From assembly GCA_964447155.1 (NCBI GenBank), contig CAYURM010000012.1, positions 14,916 through 78,915 of the forward strand: a DNA stretch of 64,000 nt, written 5' to 3'. This document shows positions 27,558-35,597 of this stretch, piece by piece. A program made the position numbers and the translations under genes. The notes beneath the pieces are model-generated. The model had not been told where the DNA came from, made no database searches, and saw only the letters and a list, made by a program, of their open reading frames with translations. The number at the start of each line of letters is the position of its first letter. Within the stretch, counting starts at the first letter, position 1. The DNA comes from an uncultured Anaerolineaceae bacterium (lineage in GTDB: Bacteria; Chloroflexota; Anaerolineae; Anaerolineales; Anaerolineaceae).

Positions 27558-28622
27558 TCAGTTTGATTTCAGGAACGCATGGAAGAAAGCGTTGAATTCT
27601 TCCGGTTTCTCAATAAAGCAGCCATGCCCCGCATTATCAATCACGCGCTCTTCAAAAGTGCCTCCCTTGCTGGCATATTTTTCGAAGAAAGCTCTTGTCT
27701 GTCCGATCATCGGCTGTGCAGGGAATACTTCCTCGCCAGGGTAGCCAGGCACAAAGCCTAATTTACCCAATACAGGAATATCAAAGAAGGAGGCATCGCT
27801 GACAATTTGATCCTTATCACCGCGTGCCCACAACACGGGCGGCTTTTTCTCGAGGTTTAACAGTTCAGGAATATCATCCAGCATATACTTCGGAGAACCG
27901 GCGTTGATCGGCCCCCATTTTCCAGGGGCGGCCATCGGCCAATTCTCAGAGGGCGCAGCATCTCCGGGATACTTATCCTCGCCAATTTTCTCCATCAGGC
28001 TGGCAGTCAGATAATCTTCAATATCCTCAGCGACAAAACCCTCCGCCCAGTAGAATGTGTTGATAATATTGCGCGGTGAATTCGGATCCTCTGCGCTGCG
28101 GTCTCCCTCGGAAATGCGCTTCACAAAATCGGGATTTACCAGCCCGCCGCCGCATCCCGCAAAATCATCGAACACGGGCTCGCCATCCAGTCCCTTGGTG
28201 CCGCCAAAACCATAAGGCGAAACCGGCGCCACCAAAGTGACAGACTTGATTCGCTCTGGCACTTCCAGCATCAGCCGGTAAATGGGTGCAGCACCCAGCG
28301 ACCATCCCACAAAATGCGCGGCGCCAATTTCCATCTCATCCATCAAGGCAGTCAGATCTTCTGACCAATCACGCACCCCGCGGGTGGCATCCGTCCTCTT
28401 GTCTTCCGACCAGCCATAACCGCGCAGATCCGGAGCAATACCGTAGTAGCCCTCTGGCAAAGCCAGCATCAAATCCTGCCAGTACAACGCAGCAGAGAAA
28501 TTTCCATGAATGAAAATGACAGGTGTGCCTTTTTCCATGCCGCTGACCAACACATGTGTATCCAATCTTTCTGTTTTCACCATACGGGATTCAATACCAC
28601 TCTTGTATTTCGGCATATCCAT
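27558..28622 (-). CDS. Alpha/beta hydrolase (354 aa)
   Basis: FIHGNFSAALYW oxyanion region and nucleophile elbow GWSLGA. Confidence 0.8.
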   Translation of the reverse strand: MDMPKYKSGIESRMVKTERLDTHVLVSGMEKGTPVIFIHGNFSAALYWQDLMLALPEGYYGIAPDLRGYGWSEDKRTDATRGVRDWSEDLTALMDEMEIGAAHFVGWSLGAAPIYRLMLEVPERIKSVTLVAPVSPYGFGGTKGLDGEPVFDDFAGCGGGLVNPDFVKRISEGDRSAEDPNSPRNIINTFYWAEGFVAEDIEDYLTASLMEKIGEDKYPGDAAPSENWPMAAPGKWGPINAGSPKYMLDDIPELLNLEKKPPVLWARGDKDQIVSDASFFDIPVLGKLGFVPGYPGEEVFPAQPMIGQTRAFFEKYASKGGTFEERVIDNAGHGCFIEKPEEFNAFFHAFLKSN

Positions 28623-28646
28623 TTCAATCCTCCTTTTCTATTTCTG

Positions 28647-29978
28647 TTACAGTTCAACGCCGGGGAAAATCAGCTTGGGCACGATCCCCAACCGGTTGGC
28701 TTCCTCCCGAATCCAGTCACGAAAATCCGGATGGGCAATGCGGATCAAGGCTTCCATACGATCCCGCACACACAGACCGCGCAATTCCGCCACGCCATAT
28801 TCCGTCACAATCGTATCCACATCCTGGCTGGGCACCGTAACCTCAGAGCCTAATGGCAGGGTGGGTGAAATTGTCGAAATCGTTCCCTTCCGGGCTGTCG
28901 AGCGCAAAGCAATGATCCCCCGCCCGCCAGGCGAAAGCTGAGCCCCGCGATGCGTGTCCAATTGTCCGCCAGTCCCGCTAAAATGCCGGCTGCCAATGCT
29001 CTGCGAACACACCTGACCATAAATATCGACCTGAATGGCCGTATTGACGCTGACCATCTTGTAATTCTTGCCAATCACATACGGATCATTGGTGATCTTG
29101 CCGCGGTGCATTTCCACGGCAATGTTGTGGTTAATGAAATCATACAGGCGCTGCGTGCCCAGGGCAAAAGCCCCGACCATCTTGCCATTCCACAAGGTCT
29201 TGCGCCGGTTGGTCACCACGCCCGCTTCGTACAGGTCGACCATTCCGTCCACAAACATCTCAGTATGGATCCCCAGGTCCTTGCGGTCCATCAGGAAAGC
29301 CGTGATCGCATTGGGAATACCGCCAATACCAAGCTGGATGGTCGAACCATCTTCAATCAGATCCGCCACATACCCGCCAATCGCTTTTTCCAGCTCGGAG
29401 GGCGGGTCCGAGGGCAGCTCAAATAGGGGAACATGGTTCTCAACGATATGATCCACTTCAGACAGGTGGATTTGCGTATCCCCCAGCGTCCAGGGCATAT
29501 TTTCATTGACTTCCAGCACCACCAGATCTGCCGCTTCGATCAATTCCTTCTCCACAATCAAGCCCAATGAGAGCGACATATACCCGCGCTCATCCGGCGG
29601 GGTGGCCGTGCCCCAGTACACATTCACATGGCCTTTGGTCGCCACCAGCTTATCGGTGGCCGCGCGGTGCAGATTGTTAGGAATATAAGAAACCCGTCCC
29701 TCGGGATGCAGTTTGCGGTCCCCGCCGCTGTAAAACCAGTTTTCCACAAAGAAATGACCGGCCATCTCGGTTTTGGTTGCATAGTCATAAGAACGCAGCG
29801 GCAGGCATACCCACACCTTCACATCTTCCAGTCTGTCTTTATGATTCGCCAGCTCGGTCAACAAACCCGGCGGTTCCGAACCGGCAATCCCGATGCCAAT
29901 CGTCTGGTGCGACCGCACCAGCGAAACCGCTTCAGGGATCGAGAGCAGCTTCTCTTTAAAAAGCGCTTGATAATCCAT
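28647..29978 (-). CDS. Acetyl-CoA hydrolase/transferase family protein (4-hydroxybutyrate CoA-transferase-like)
   Basis: LGIHTEMFVDG (catalytic Glu region) and FSGTGGQLD (GGQxD) motifs. 443 aa. Confidence 0.88.
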   Translation of the reverse strand: MDYQALFKEKLLSIPEAVSLVRSHQTIGIGIAGSEPPGLLTELANHKDRLEDVKVWVCLPLRSYDYATKTEMAGHFFVENWFYSGGDRKLHPEGRVSYIPNNLHRAATDKLVATKGHVNVYWGTATPPDERGYMSLSLGLIVEKELIEAADLVVLEVNENMPWTLGDTQIHLSEVDHIVENHVPLFELPSDPPSELEKAIGGYVADLIEDGSTIQLGIGGIPNAITAFLMDRKDLGIHTEMFVDGMVDLYEAGVVTNRRKTLWNGKMVGAFALGTQRLYDFINHNIAVEMHRGKITNDPYVIGKNYKMVSVNTAIQVDIYGQVCSQSIGSRHFSGTGGQLDTHRGAQLSPGGRGIIALRSTARKGTISTISPTLPLGSEVTVPSQDVDTIVTEYGVAELRGLCVRDRMEALIRIAHPDFRDWIREEANRLGIVPKLIFPGVEL

Positions 29979-29989
29979 CCGTTAATCTC

Positions 29990-30997
29990 CTAAGGCATGA
30001 TGAAAGCAGCACCAGCCTGGTTGTATCCCACGCCAGAACCAATAAATGTGACCAGATCCCCTGATTTGACCTTGCCCAGCTTGCGCGCATCGTCAAAAGC
30101 CATCGGCAGGCAGGCCGAGCCGGTATATCCCCATTTATCCATCACATAATGCGCCCGCTCTCTGGGAATACCCAGCTCATCGCACACCAGATGGATTGAA
30201 TTCAAGCGCACCTGAGTAAAAATAGCGGCATCAATATCAGAGAATTCAAAATTGCCATTCTTTGCGAGTTCACGCATTCTTGCGGGCCAGCCTTCGTTGT
30301 TGACCTCAGCCGGGAAAGCTGTGATCAGCCGTACCTGCGTCCGCCCGGCCTCCACCGATTCCACAGTGGCCGGTTCATACGTCCCGCCAGAATAAATCCC
30401 CCAGTGTTTATGGTACGAACCATCCGCAAAGAACGTCGAAGCCACGAAACCAGGCTTGTCAGATACACCCAGCACCGCAGCCCCCGCGCCATCGCTGTAG
30501 AAAAAAGACATCAAATCCGTCTGCCAGTTCGTCAGCCGGGACATCATATATGCACCGATCACCAGAATGTACTTCATCTGATGATTGGTCGCCAGCATAC
30601 CGGCCGCCTGCACCAGACCGGTCGGGAAAGAAGCACAGGCGCAGCTGATATCAAACGACCCGGCGTTGACTGCCCCCAGTTTATATTGCACCACCACCGA
30701 AGTGGCCGGGGTAATATAGTCCGGGCTGTCTGTGCCCACCAGCACCATGTCCAGCTCTTCGGGTTGAATGCCGGCATCTTTCAAAGCATCTCTTCCAGCA
30801 GCCACGGCAAGATCGGATGTTGCCCAATCTTCCGGCGCATAGCGCCGCTGCTTAATATTGCTCGATTTTTCAAACTTGCCCACCACTTCAGGCAGCTTCG
30901 GGCTGACCTTGCCCATATATTCCTTGAATTCACTGTTCGTAACCACTCGTTCCGGGACGTATCTTCCGGTGCCGAGGATTGTGGCGTATCTGGTCAT
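29990..30997 (-). CDS. KAS III (FabH)-like protein with incomplete catalytic triad
   Basis: N-terminal ILGTGRYVPERVVTNSEF and the Cys motif DISCACASF. FabH PHQAN corresponds to FTQVR here, and HGNTSAAS corresponds to WGYTGSAC. Confidence 0.88.
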   Translation of the reverse strand: MTRYATILGTGRYVPERVVTNSEFKEYMGKVSPKLPEVVGKFEKSSNIKQRRYAPEDWATSDLAVAAGRDALKDAGIQPEELDMVLVGTDSPDYITPATSVVVQYKLGAVNAGSFDISCACASFPTGLVQAAGMLATNHQMKYILVIGAYMMSRLTNWQTDLMSFFYSDGAGAAVLGVSDKPGFVASTFFADGSYHKHWGIYSGGTYEPATVESVEAGRTQVRLITAFPAEVNNEGWPARMRELAKNGNFEFSDIDAAIFTQVRLNSIHLVCDELGIPRERAHYVMDKWGYTGSACLPMAFDDARKLGKVKSGDLVTFIGSGVGYNQAGAAFIMP

Positions 30998-31072
30998 TCA
31001 CATCCTCCGTTCTTGGTAAATCGATTCCGTCAAGTTCAATCCATATATGTCAGGAATAAGCACTGCGAAGTT

Positions 31073-31837
31073 CTACGTTCCCAGGACAATACCGCCGTCC
31101 ACGCTGATCGTTGCGCCATGCACATAGCTGGCTTCATCGCTCGCCAGCCACAAATACACGTTTGCAATATCCCGCGGCTCACCCAAACGGCCCAGCGGCG
31201 TCTTGCTGCGCATCGTATCCAGCACATTTTCCGGCATCTTCTGCACCATTTCGGTCAGCACAAACCCGGGAGCGACCGCATTCACGCGGATATGATATTT
31301 GCCCAGCTCACGTGCCCATACCTTGGTCATGCCAATCACGCCGAATTTGGTAGCCGTGTAATTGGTCTGTCCAAAATTACCGTACAGCCCCACCACCGAA
31401 GAAGCATTCAGAATCACTCCTGATTTTTGTTTGATCATATACGGAGAAACAGCCTGTGCGCAGTTAAAAACGCCCTTCAGGTTGACCGAAATCACCCTGT
31501 CAAAATCGTCTTCCCCCATCTGTCCAACCAGTTCACCCTCTTTAACCTTCACAAAGCGGGCATCGCGGGTGATCCCGGCGTTATTGACCAGCACATCCAC
31601 GCTGCCATATTTTTCATATACAGCATCTACCCATTTCTGCACGTCTTCGCGGTCGGCCACATTCACCATGTAGAAGCTGGCGTCTCCGCCCAGTTCAGCA
31701 GCAACTGCTTCCCCGGCCTCCTGATCCACATCGCAGATCGCGACTTTCGCACCTTCCTCAGCAAAACGCACCGCGGTTGCCTTGCCAATCCCTGCCGCAC
31801 CGCCCGTAATCAAACACACCTTATCCTTCAAACGCAT
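31073..31837 (-). CDS. Classical SDR, 3-oxoacyl reductase (FabG-like)
   Basis: [10 protein letters not shown] cofactor motif, NNAG, and the S...YTATK catalytic motif. Start at ATG 31837 (GGAGG SD 8 nt upstream) rather than 31852. Confidence 0.9.
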   Translation of the reverse strand: MRLKDKVCLITGGAAGIGKATAVRFAEEGAKVAICDVDQEAGEAVAAELGGDASFYMVNVADREDVQKWVDAVYEKYGSVDVLVNNAGITRDARFVKVKEGELVGQMGEDDFDRVISVNLKGVFNCAQAVSPYMIKQKSGVILNASSVVGLYGNFGQTNYTATKFGVIGMTKVWARELGKYHIRVNAVAPGFVLTEMVQKMPENVLDTMRSKTPLGRLGEPRDIANVYLWLASDEASYVHGATISVDGGIVLGT

Positions 31838-31897
31838 GGCGTAAGCCTCCATTCAATAGTTTAAAAGCACAATTTCCACATTCTTCCATGAAAACCA

Positions 31898-31925
31898 ACT
31901 ATACAGTAGCATCTCCCCGTTGCAA
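31898..31925 (-). promoter_or_regulatory. Candidate promoter of the CoA-ester operon (TTGCAA-16-TATAGT on minus strand)
   Basis: On the minus strand, TTGCAA lies at 31925-31920 and TATAGT at 31903-31898, about 60 nt upstream of ATG 31837. Confidence 0.45.
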
Positions 31926-31968
31926 GCCAGTTACAAATCAGTTACCAGCGTATCAAAATTCCCAATTT

Positions 31969-32079
31969 TCCCTCCCGCAGGTTTCGCATTGTCCTCTTTA
32001 GGGGGAAGGTATCACCAGGCTCTTACTTGCAAGCCCCTGGCTTCTAACCCCGCCACCTAACTCCACCCTGCGGGAGGGA
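31969..32079. repeat. 111-bp intergenic element bounded by a 13-bp perfect inverted repeat
   Basis: TCCCTCCCGCAGG (31969-31981) and CCTGCGGGAGGGA (32067-32079). The interior has further GC-rich complementary segments (CCAGG/CCTGG, GCCACC/GGTGGC). Confidence 0.5.
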
Positions 32080-32096
32080 TAGCGGTGGCCTCCCAT

Positions 32097-32126
32097 AAAA
32101 AAAAGACCGTCATGTAAAGACGGTCT
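32097..32126 (-). terminator. Rho-independent terminator of the STAND-SARP regulator gene
   Basis: 8-bp stem AGACCGTC / GACGGTCT with a 7-nt loop. On the minus strand it is followed by U8 (A8 at 32097-32104). Lies 24 nt after the stop at 32150. Confidence 0.8.
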
Positions 32127-32149
32127 CTTCATCAATCAATTCATTTTCC

Positions 32150-35100
32150 CTATAATTTTCCCATCAATTTCTCATAAAGTGACTGGGTCTCGCGGGCTGG
32201 CTCAATCCCCAGACCATCACGCAGCACCAGCTCACAACGGCGGTAAGTGTGCATCAACTGTGAACGATTGCGTTTGCTGGCGTACCCTTGCATCATCAGG
32301 CGGTACGCCTCCTCCCAGAATCGATCGCGGTGCAGGATCAGCTCGCACACCTCAACCAGCTCTTCCACTTCACCCATCTGTAACAACTTCTGCGCCAAAC
32401 GTTCCGCCGTTTCCAGATACATGCGGCTCAACCGGCTGCGCGCTTCCATTGACCAGTCACTATACAGACTGTCCGGTAAATAATCCCCCGCATACAAATC
32501 CAGCGCCTGTCGTAAAGTAATCACATCATCAGCCGCCGACATTTCCTCAAACAAATCAACATCTACCACCAATTCAGCAGCCGGGTTGAGCGCATACAAA
32601 TGATCATGCCGGACAATAAAAAATGGCGCCGCCCCGCGTGGACGCGCTGGTTCCAACGCGCGGTTAAGCGCATTCAACGCCACCTTAAAATCCCGGATAG
32701 CAGCGTCGGCATCCAGCTCCGGCCACAGCAGATCAACGATCTGCTCGCGCTGCATCCATTTCCCGCGGTGCGTGAGGAACAATTGGAAAAGCTGACGGGC
32801 TTTCTCGCGCCGCCAGTCATTTGTCCCCACCATCTCATTACCCCGCCACACTTCAAACAATCCCAGCGCCCGCACGGAAAGAGTCGTACCAGGATGGTAT
32901 GATAATCCCGAGACGCCTTTGCGCACCAGAAGTTTCTCGATAAACAGCGGCATCAATCCATGCGTATGGGCTTCCATTAACATCGGCAGGGCAGCTTTAT
33001 CATCTTTCAGGCCCAGATATGTAGGCTGGATCAACAAGTCATCGTAGCCCTCCTGCTTTGCCAGCGGCAGCAGCGTCTCCAGTACAGCCATACAACGATC
33101 AACCTCACCAGACCACCAGGCATTCAACGCCGACCACAGCAGAGAAGCCGCCACACCATGCGAATCGCCCACCAGGGTAAAGCCCTCCGTACAGGCCAAT
33201 AAATGTTCACCTGCCCGGTCAGCTTGCCCGTCCATCGCCAGACTGGCTCCCAACGAGAGTTTTACCAAATAATACAACCATTGGTCGCCCGCCCGCCAGG
33301 CAATCTCCATGGCCTGGGCAGCATACTGCCCGGCCAGGACAAGCTGATTGGCATAACCATACACTCTGGCTAATCCCCACAAAGGCTCCACCTGCACGCG
33401 GGTCACCTTAAACATCTTCACCTTGGCAATGCCGTTTTTGTAGCAGGCGATTGCCGCTTCACGTTTACTGTTATCCCAGGGCACCAGATCCTGCAATTCA
33501 TAAGCATGCCCCAAACGGAACAGTCCCACCGCTTCCACAAATGAGGACTCCAACCGCTTACCGATTGCCGCCCCTTCACGGGCATAAGACACGGTCTTTT
33601 CCACATCGCCCTGAAAAACACAGATCAAAGACAACAGCATCATCGTTTCCCGATGAAAGCGCTGCGGGCGCGATCCCTGCATCTCACGCTGTTCTTCCTC
33701 TACCACTGCTTCCAATAACTGCCTGGCCTGTTTCAGATATCCCGTACGCAGCAAGGCACGTGCTTCAAGGTAAACATCGCCGGGGTCTTCTTCGTTGCGC
33801 AGCAGTTTGGCTTCATGATGCAGCGCTGCGGCCTGGCCGGGATGCCCCAGATTTAATTTATTTTCTGCCAGCAGATCCAGCAAAGCCGCAGTTTCAATAT
33901 GAAACTCCTGTGGTTCCAGCAAACGCAAGGCTTCTTCCAACAGGCTGTCCGCGCGCAGCGGGCGCACCGTATCCAGATAAACCTGCGCTTGCCCGCGCAG
34001 GGCATTGCTGCGCCCCAACGCGTCTTCCAGGCGGCCAAAGCGTTCCTCCGCTGCTGTATACCATTCCAGCGCATCATCAAAATCGGATGTCAGGCGGCGC
34101 ACATCCCCCAGGAAAAGATGTAACTGGGGATGCTGATCCAGCACATCTCCCGGAAGATCCCCGATTCTTTTCAGCAGGGAATCAAAGCGTCCCAACCGTA
34201 TCAAACCCCTGCCGATCTCTTCCAACAGGCCAGCTGCTTCATCAAACTGTTCCGCCTTCATCAGATGATAAATTGCCTTTTCAGGATAGTTTTCCCGATA
34301 ATATTCCGCGGCTTTCAGGTGCAGGGCATTCACAACCTCTTTATCCTTGCACAATCGTGCCTTAAGAAAATCATGGAAAAGATGCTGATAGCGGTACACA
34401 TTTGCCCCGGCCGACACCACGAACAGACCACTGTTTTGTAATTGTTCCAGCATAGCCAGCGATTGAGAAGTTCCCAATACGACATCACATACCCCGGCAT
34501 CCATTTCAGTCAACACAGAAGATTGCAAAAGGAAATTTTGTACCGCTTCGTTCTGCTGCGCCAGCACTTCGCGGGCCAGATAATCAAATAACGCTTCCAG
34601 GGTAGATGGCCGGCGCTCCAATGCCGCCGGGATACTGGCCGCCGCCCCACTCTGCAAACTCTGCCAGATCATTTGCAGGGCAATGGCCCAGCCTTCTGTC
34701 TCCACCAGAAGCCGGGCAGCATCTTCATCGGATAGCGCATAACCATAAAATTCATTGAATAATGCCACAATCTCATCCTGAGAGAAAGCCAATTCTTTAC
34801 GTCCAATCACCAGCAGCTGCCCCTTCACCCGCCATTTCGACAAGGCATCAAAGTGCGGCATCCGCCGTGTAGACAGGACCAGATGCAGGTTAGGCGGGCA
34901 ATACGCCACCAATCGCTCAACAAACCCATTAATTTCCGTGATCTCCTGTACCAGATGATAATCATCCAGTACCAGAATGGCATCCTCCTGCAAATCCCGC
35001 GTCAAAGTATTGATCAATTGCGTCAGCGCATTTTCGGGAACCCTCCCCTGCGAATCATCCAACGCCTGCAAGGCTGCATCACCAAAATCGTGTTTGCCTA

Positions 35101-35365
35101 CATTGAAAGTGGAAAACAGATTAGCAAGGAATAATAATGGGTCACGATCCGCACCACTGATCGTATACCAGTACAGATGGGGAACCTTATCCGCCAGCAG
35201 CGAAAGCTCCGTGCTTTTACCATACCCCGTACTGGCTTGCACCACGGTCAACGGATAATCCAGCGCGCTCAAAAACCGCCCGGCAACGCGCGGGCGGCGA
35301 AACAAACCGCTGCGTTGGCTGGGTGCTACCAGTTGACTTTGAATGACAAGCTTTCGAATACTCAT
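32150..35365 (-). CDS. Large ATP-dependent transcriptional regulator: MalT-like STAND ATPase + TPR-like repeats + C-terminal SARP (OmpR-type wHTH + BTAD) domain
   Basis: Walker A VVQASTGYGKST and Walker B ILVLDDYHLV, as in the MalT N-terminus. The long helical repeat region contains an HLKAAEYYR-type motif. C-terminal ALGLFEVWRGNEMV...REQIVDLLWPE...ALNALNRALEP and YAGDYL...DRFWEEAYRLMMQGY...GIEPARETQSLYEKL are typical of SARP/BTAD. Confidence 0.85.
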   Translation of the reverse strand: MSIRKLVIQSQLVAPSQRSGLFRRPRVAGRFLSALDYPLTVVQASTGYGKSTELSLLADKVPHLYWYTISGADRDPLLFLANLFSTFNVGKHDFGDAALQALDDSQGRVPENALTQLINTLTRDLQEDAILVLDDYHLVQEITEINGFVERLVAYCPPNLHLVLSTRRMPHFDALSKWRVKGQLLVIGRKELAFSQDEIVALFNEFYGYALSDEDAARLLVETEGWAIALQMIWQSLQSGAAASIPAALERRPSTLEALFDYLAREVLAQQNEAVQNFLLQSSVLTEMDAGVCDVVLGTSQSLAMLEQLQNSGLFVVSAGANVYRYQHLFHDFLKARLCKDKEVVNALHLKAAEYYRENYPEKAIYHLMKAEQFDEAAGLLEEIGRGLIRLGRFDSLLKRIGDLPGDVLDQHPQLHLFLGDVRRLTSDFDDALEWYTAAEERFGRLEDALGRSNALRGQAQVYLDTVRPLRADSLLEEALRLLEPQEFHIETAALLDLLAENKLNLGHPGQAAALHHEAKLLRNEEDPGDVYLEARALLRTGYLKQARQLLEAVVEEEQREMQGSRPQRFHRETMMLLSLICVFQGDVEKTVSYAREGAAIGKRLESSFVEAVGLFRLGHAYELQDLVPWDNSKREAAIACYKNGIAKVKMFKVTRVQVEPLWGLARVYGYANQLVLAGQYAAQAMEIAWRAGDQWLYYLVKLSLGASLAMDGQADRAGEHLLACTEGFTLVGDSHGVAASLLWSALNAWWSGEVDRCMAVLETLLPLAKQEGYDDLLIQPTYLGLKDDKAALPMLMEAHTHGLMPLFIEKLLVRKGVSGLSYHPGTTLSVRALGLFEVWRGNEMVGTNDWRREKARQLFQLFLTHRGKWMQREQIVDLLWPELDADAAIRDFKVALNALNRALEPARPRGAAPFFIVRHDHLYALNPAAELVVDVDLFEEMSAADDVITLRQALDLYAGDYLPDSLYSDWSMEARSRLSRMYLETAERLAQKLLQMGEVEELVEVCELILHRDRFWEEAYRLMMQGYASKRNRSQLMHTYRRCELVLRDGLGIEPARETQSLYEKLMGKL

Positions 35366-35597
35366 ACTATTGAATTATAGCTCCTCTTGAGAAAATATGC
35401 TTTTCCCATAAAATTTTTCGTTACCATGATAAATTTGCCCTGTTATTTAACCTTTTCATCATTTCTCTGGTAAACTAAATAGATAATTTTTCTCTACCTT
35501 CACGGAAAAGAAAATGGTTTGGACGGGTGTCCAAACCATCTTTTACAAATATGGAACGCCCAGTCACCAGCAGGCATACAATGCAGGAGTTATCAGT

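Noticed and set aside
29990-30997. Calling this gene fabH and the operon a type II fatty-acid synthase segment
   Set aside because: The catalytic His and Asn are substituted. There is no ACP, FabD, FabF or enoyl reductase nearby. The neighbours are CoA-transferase, thiolase/DUF35 and hydrolases.
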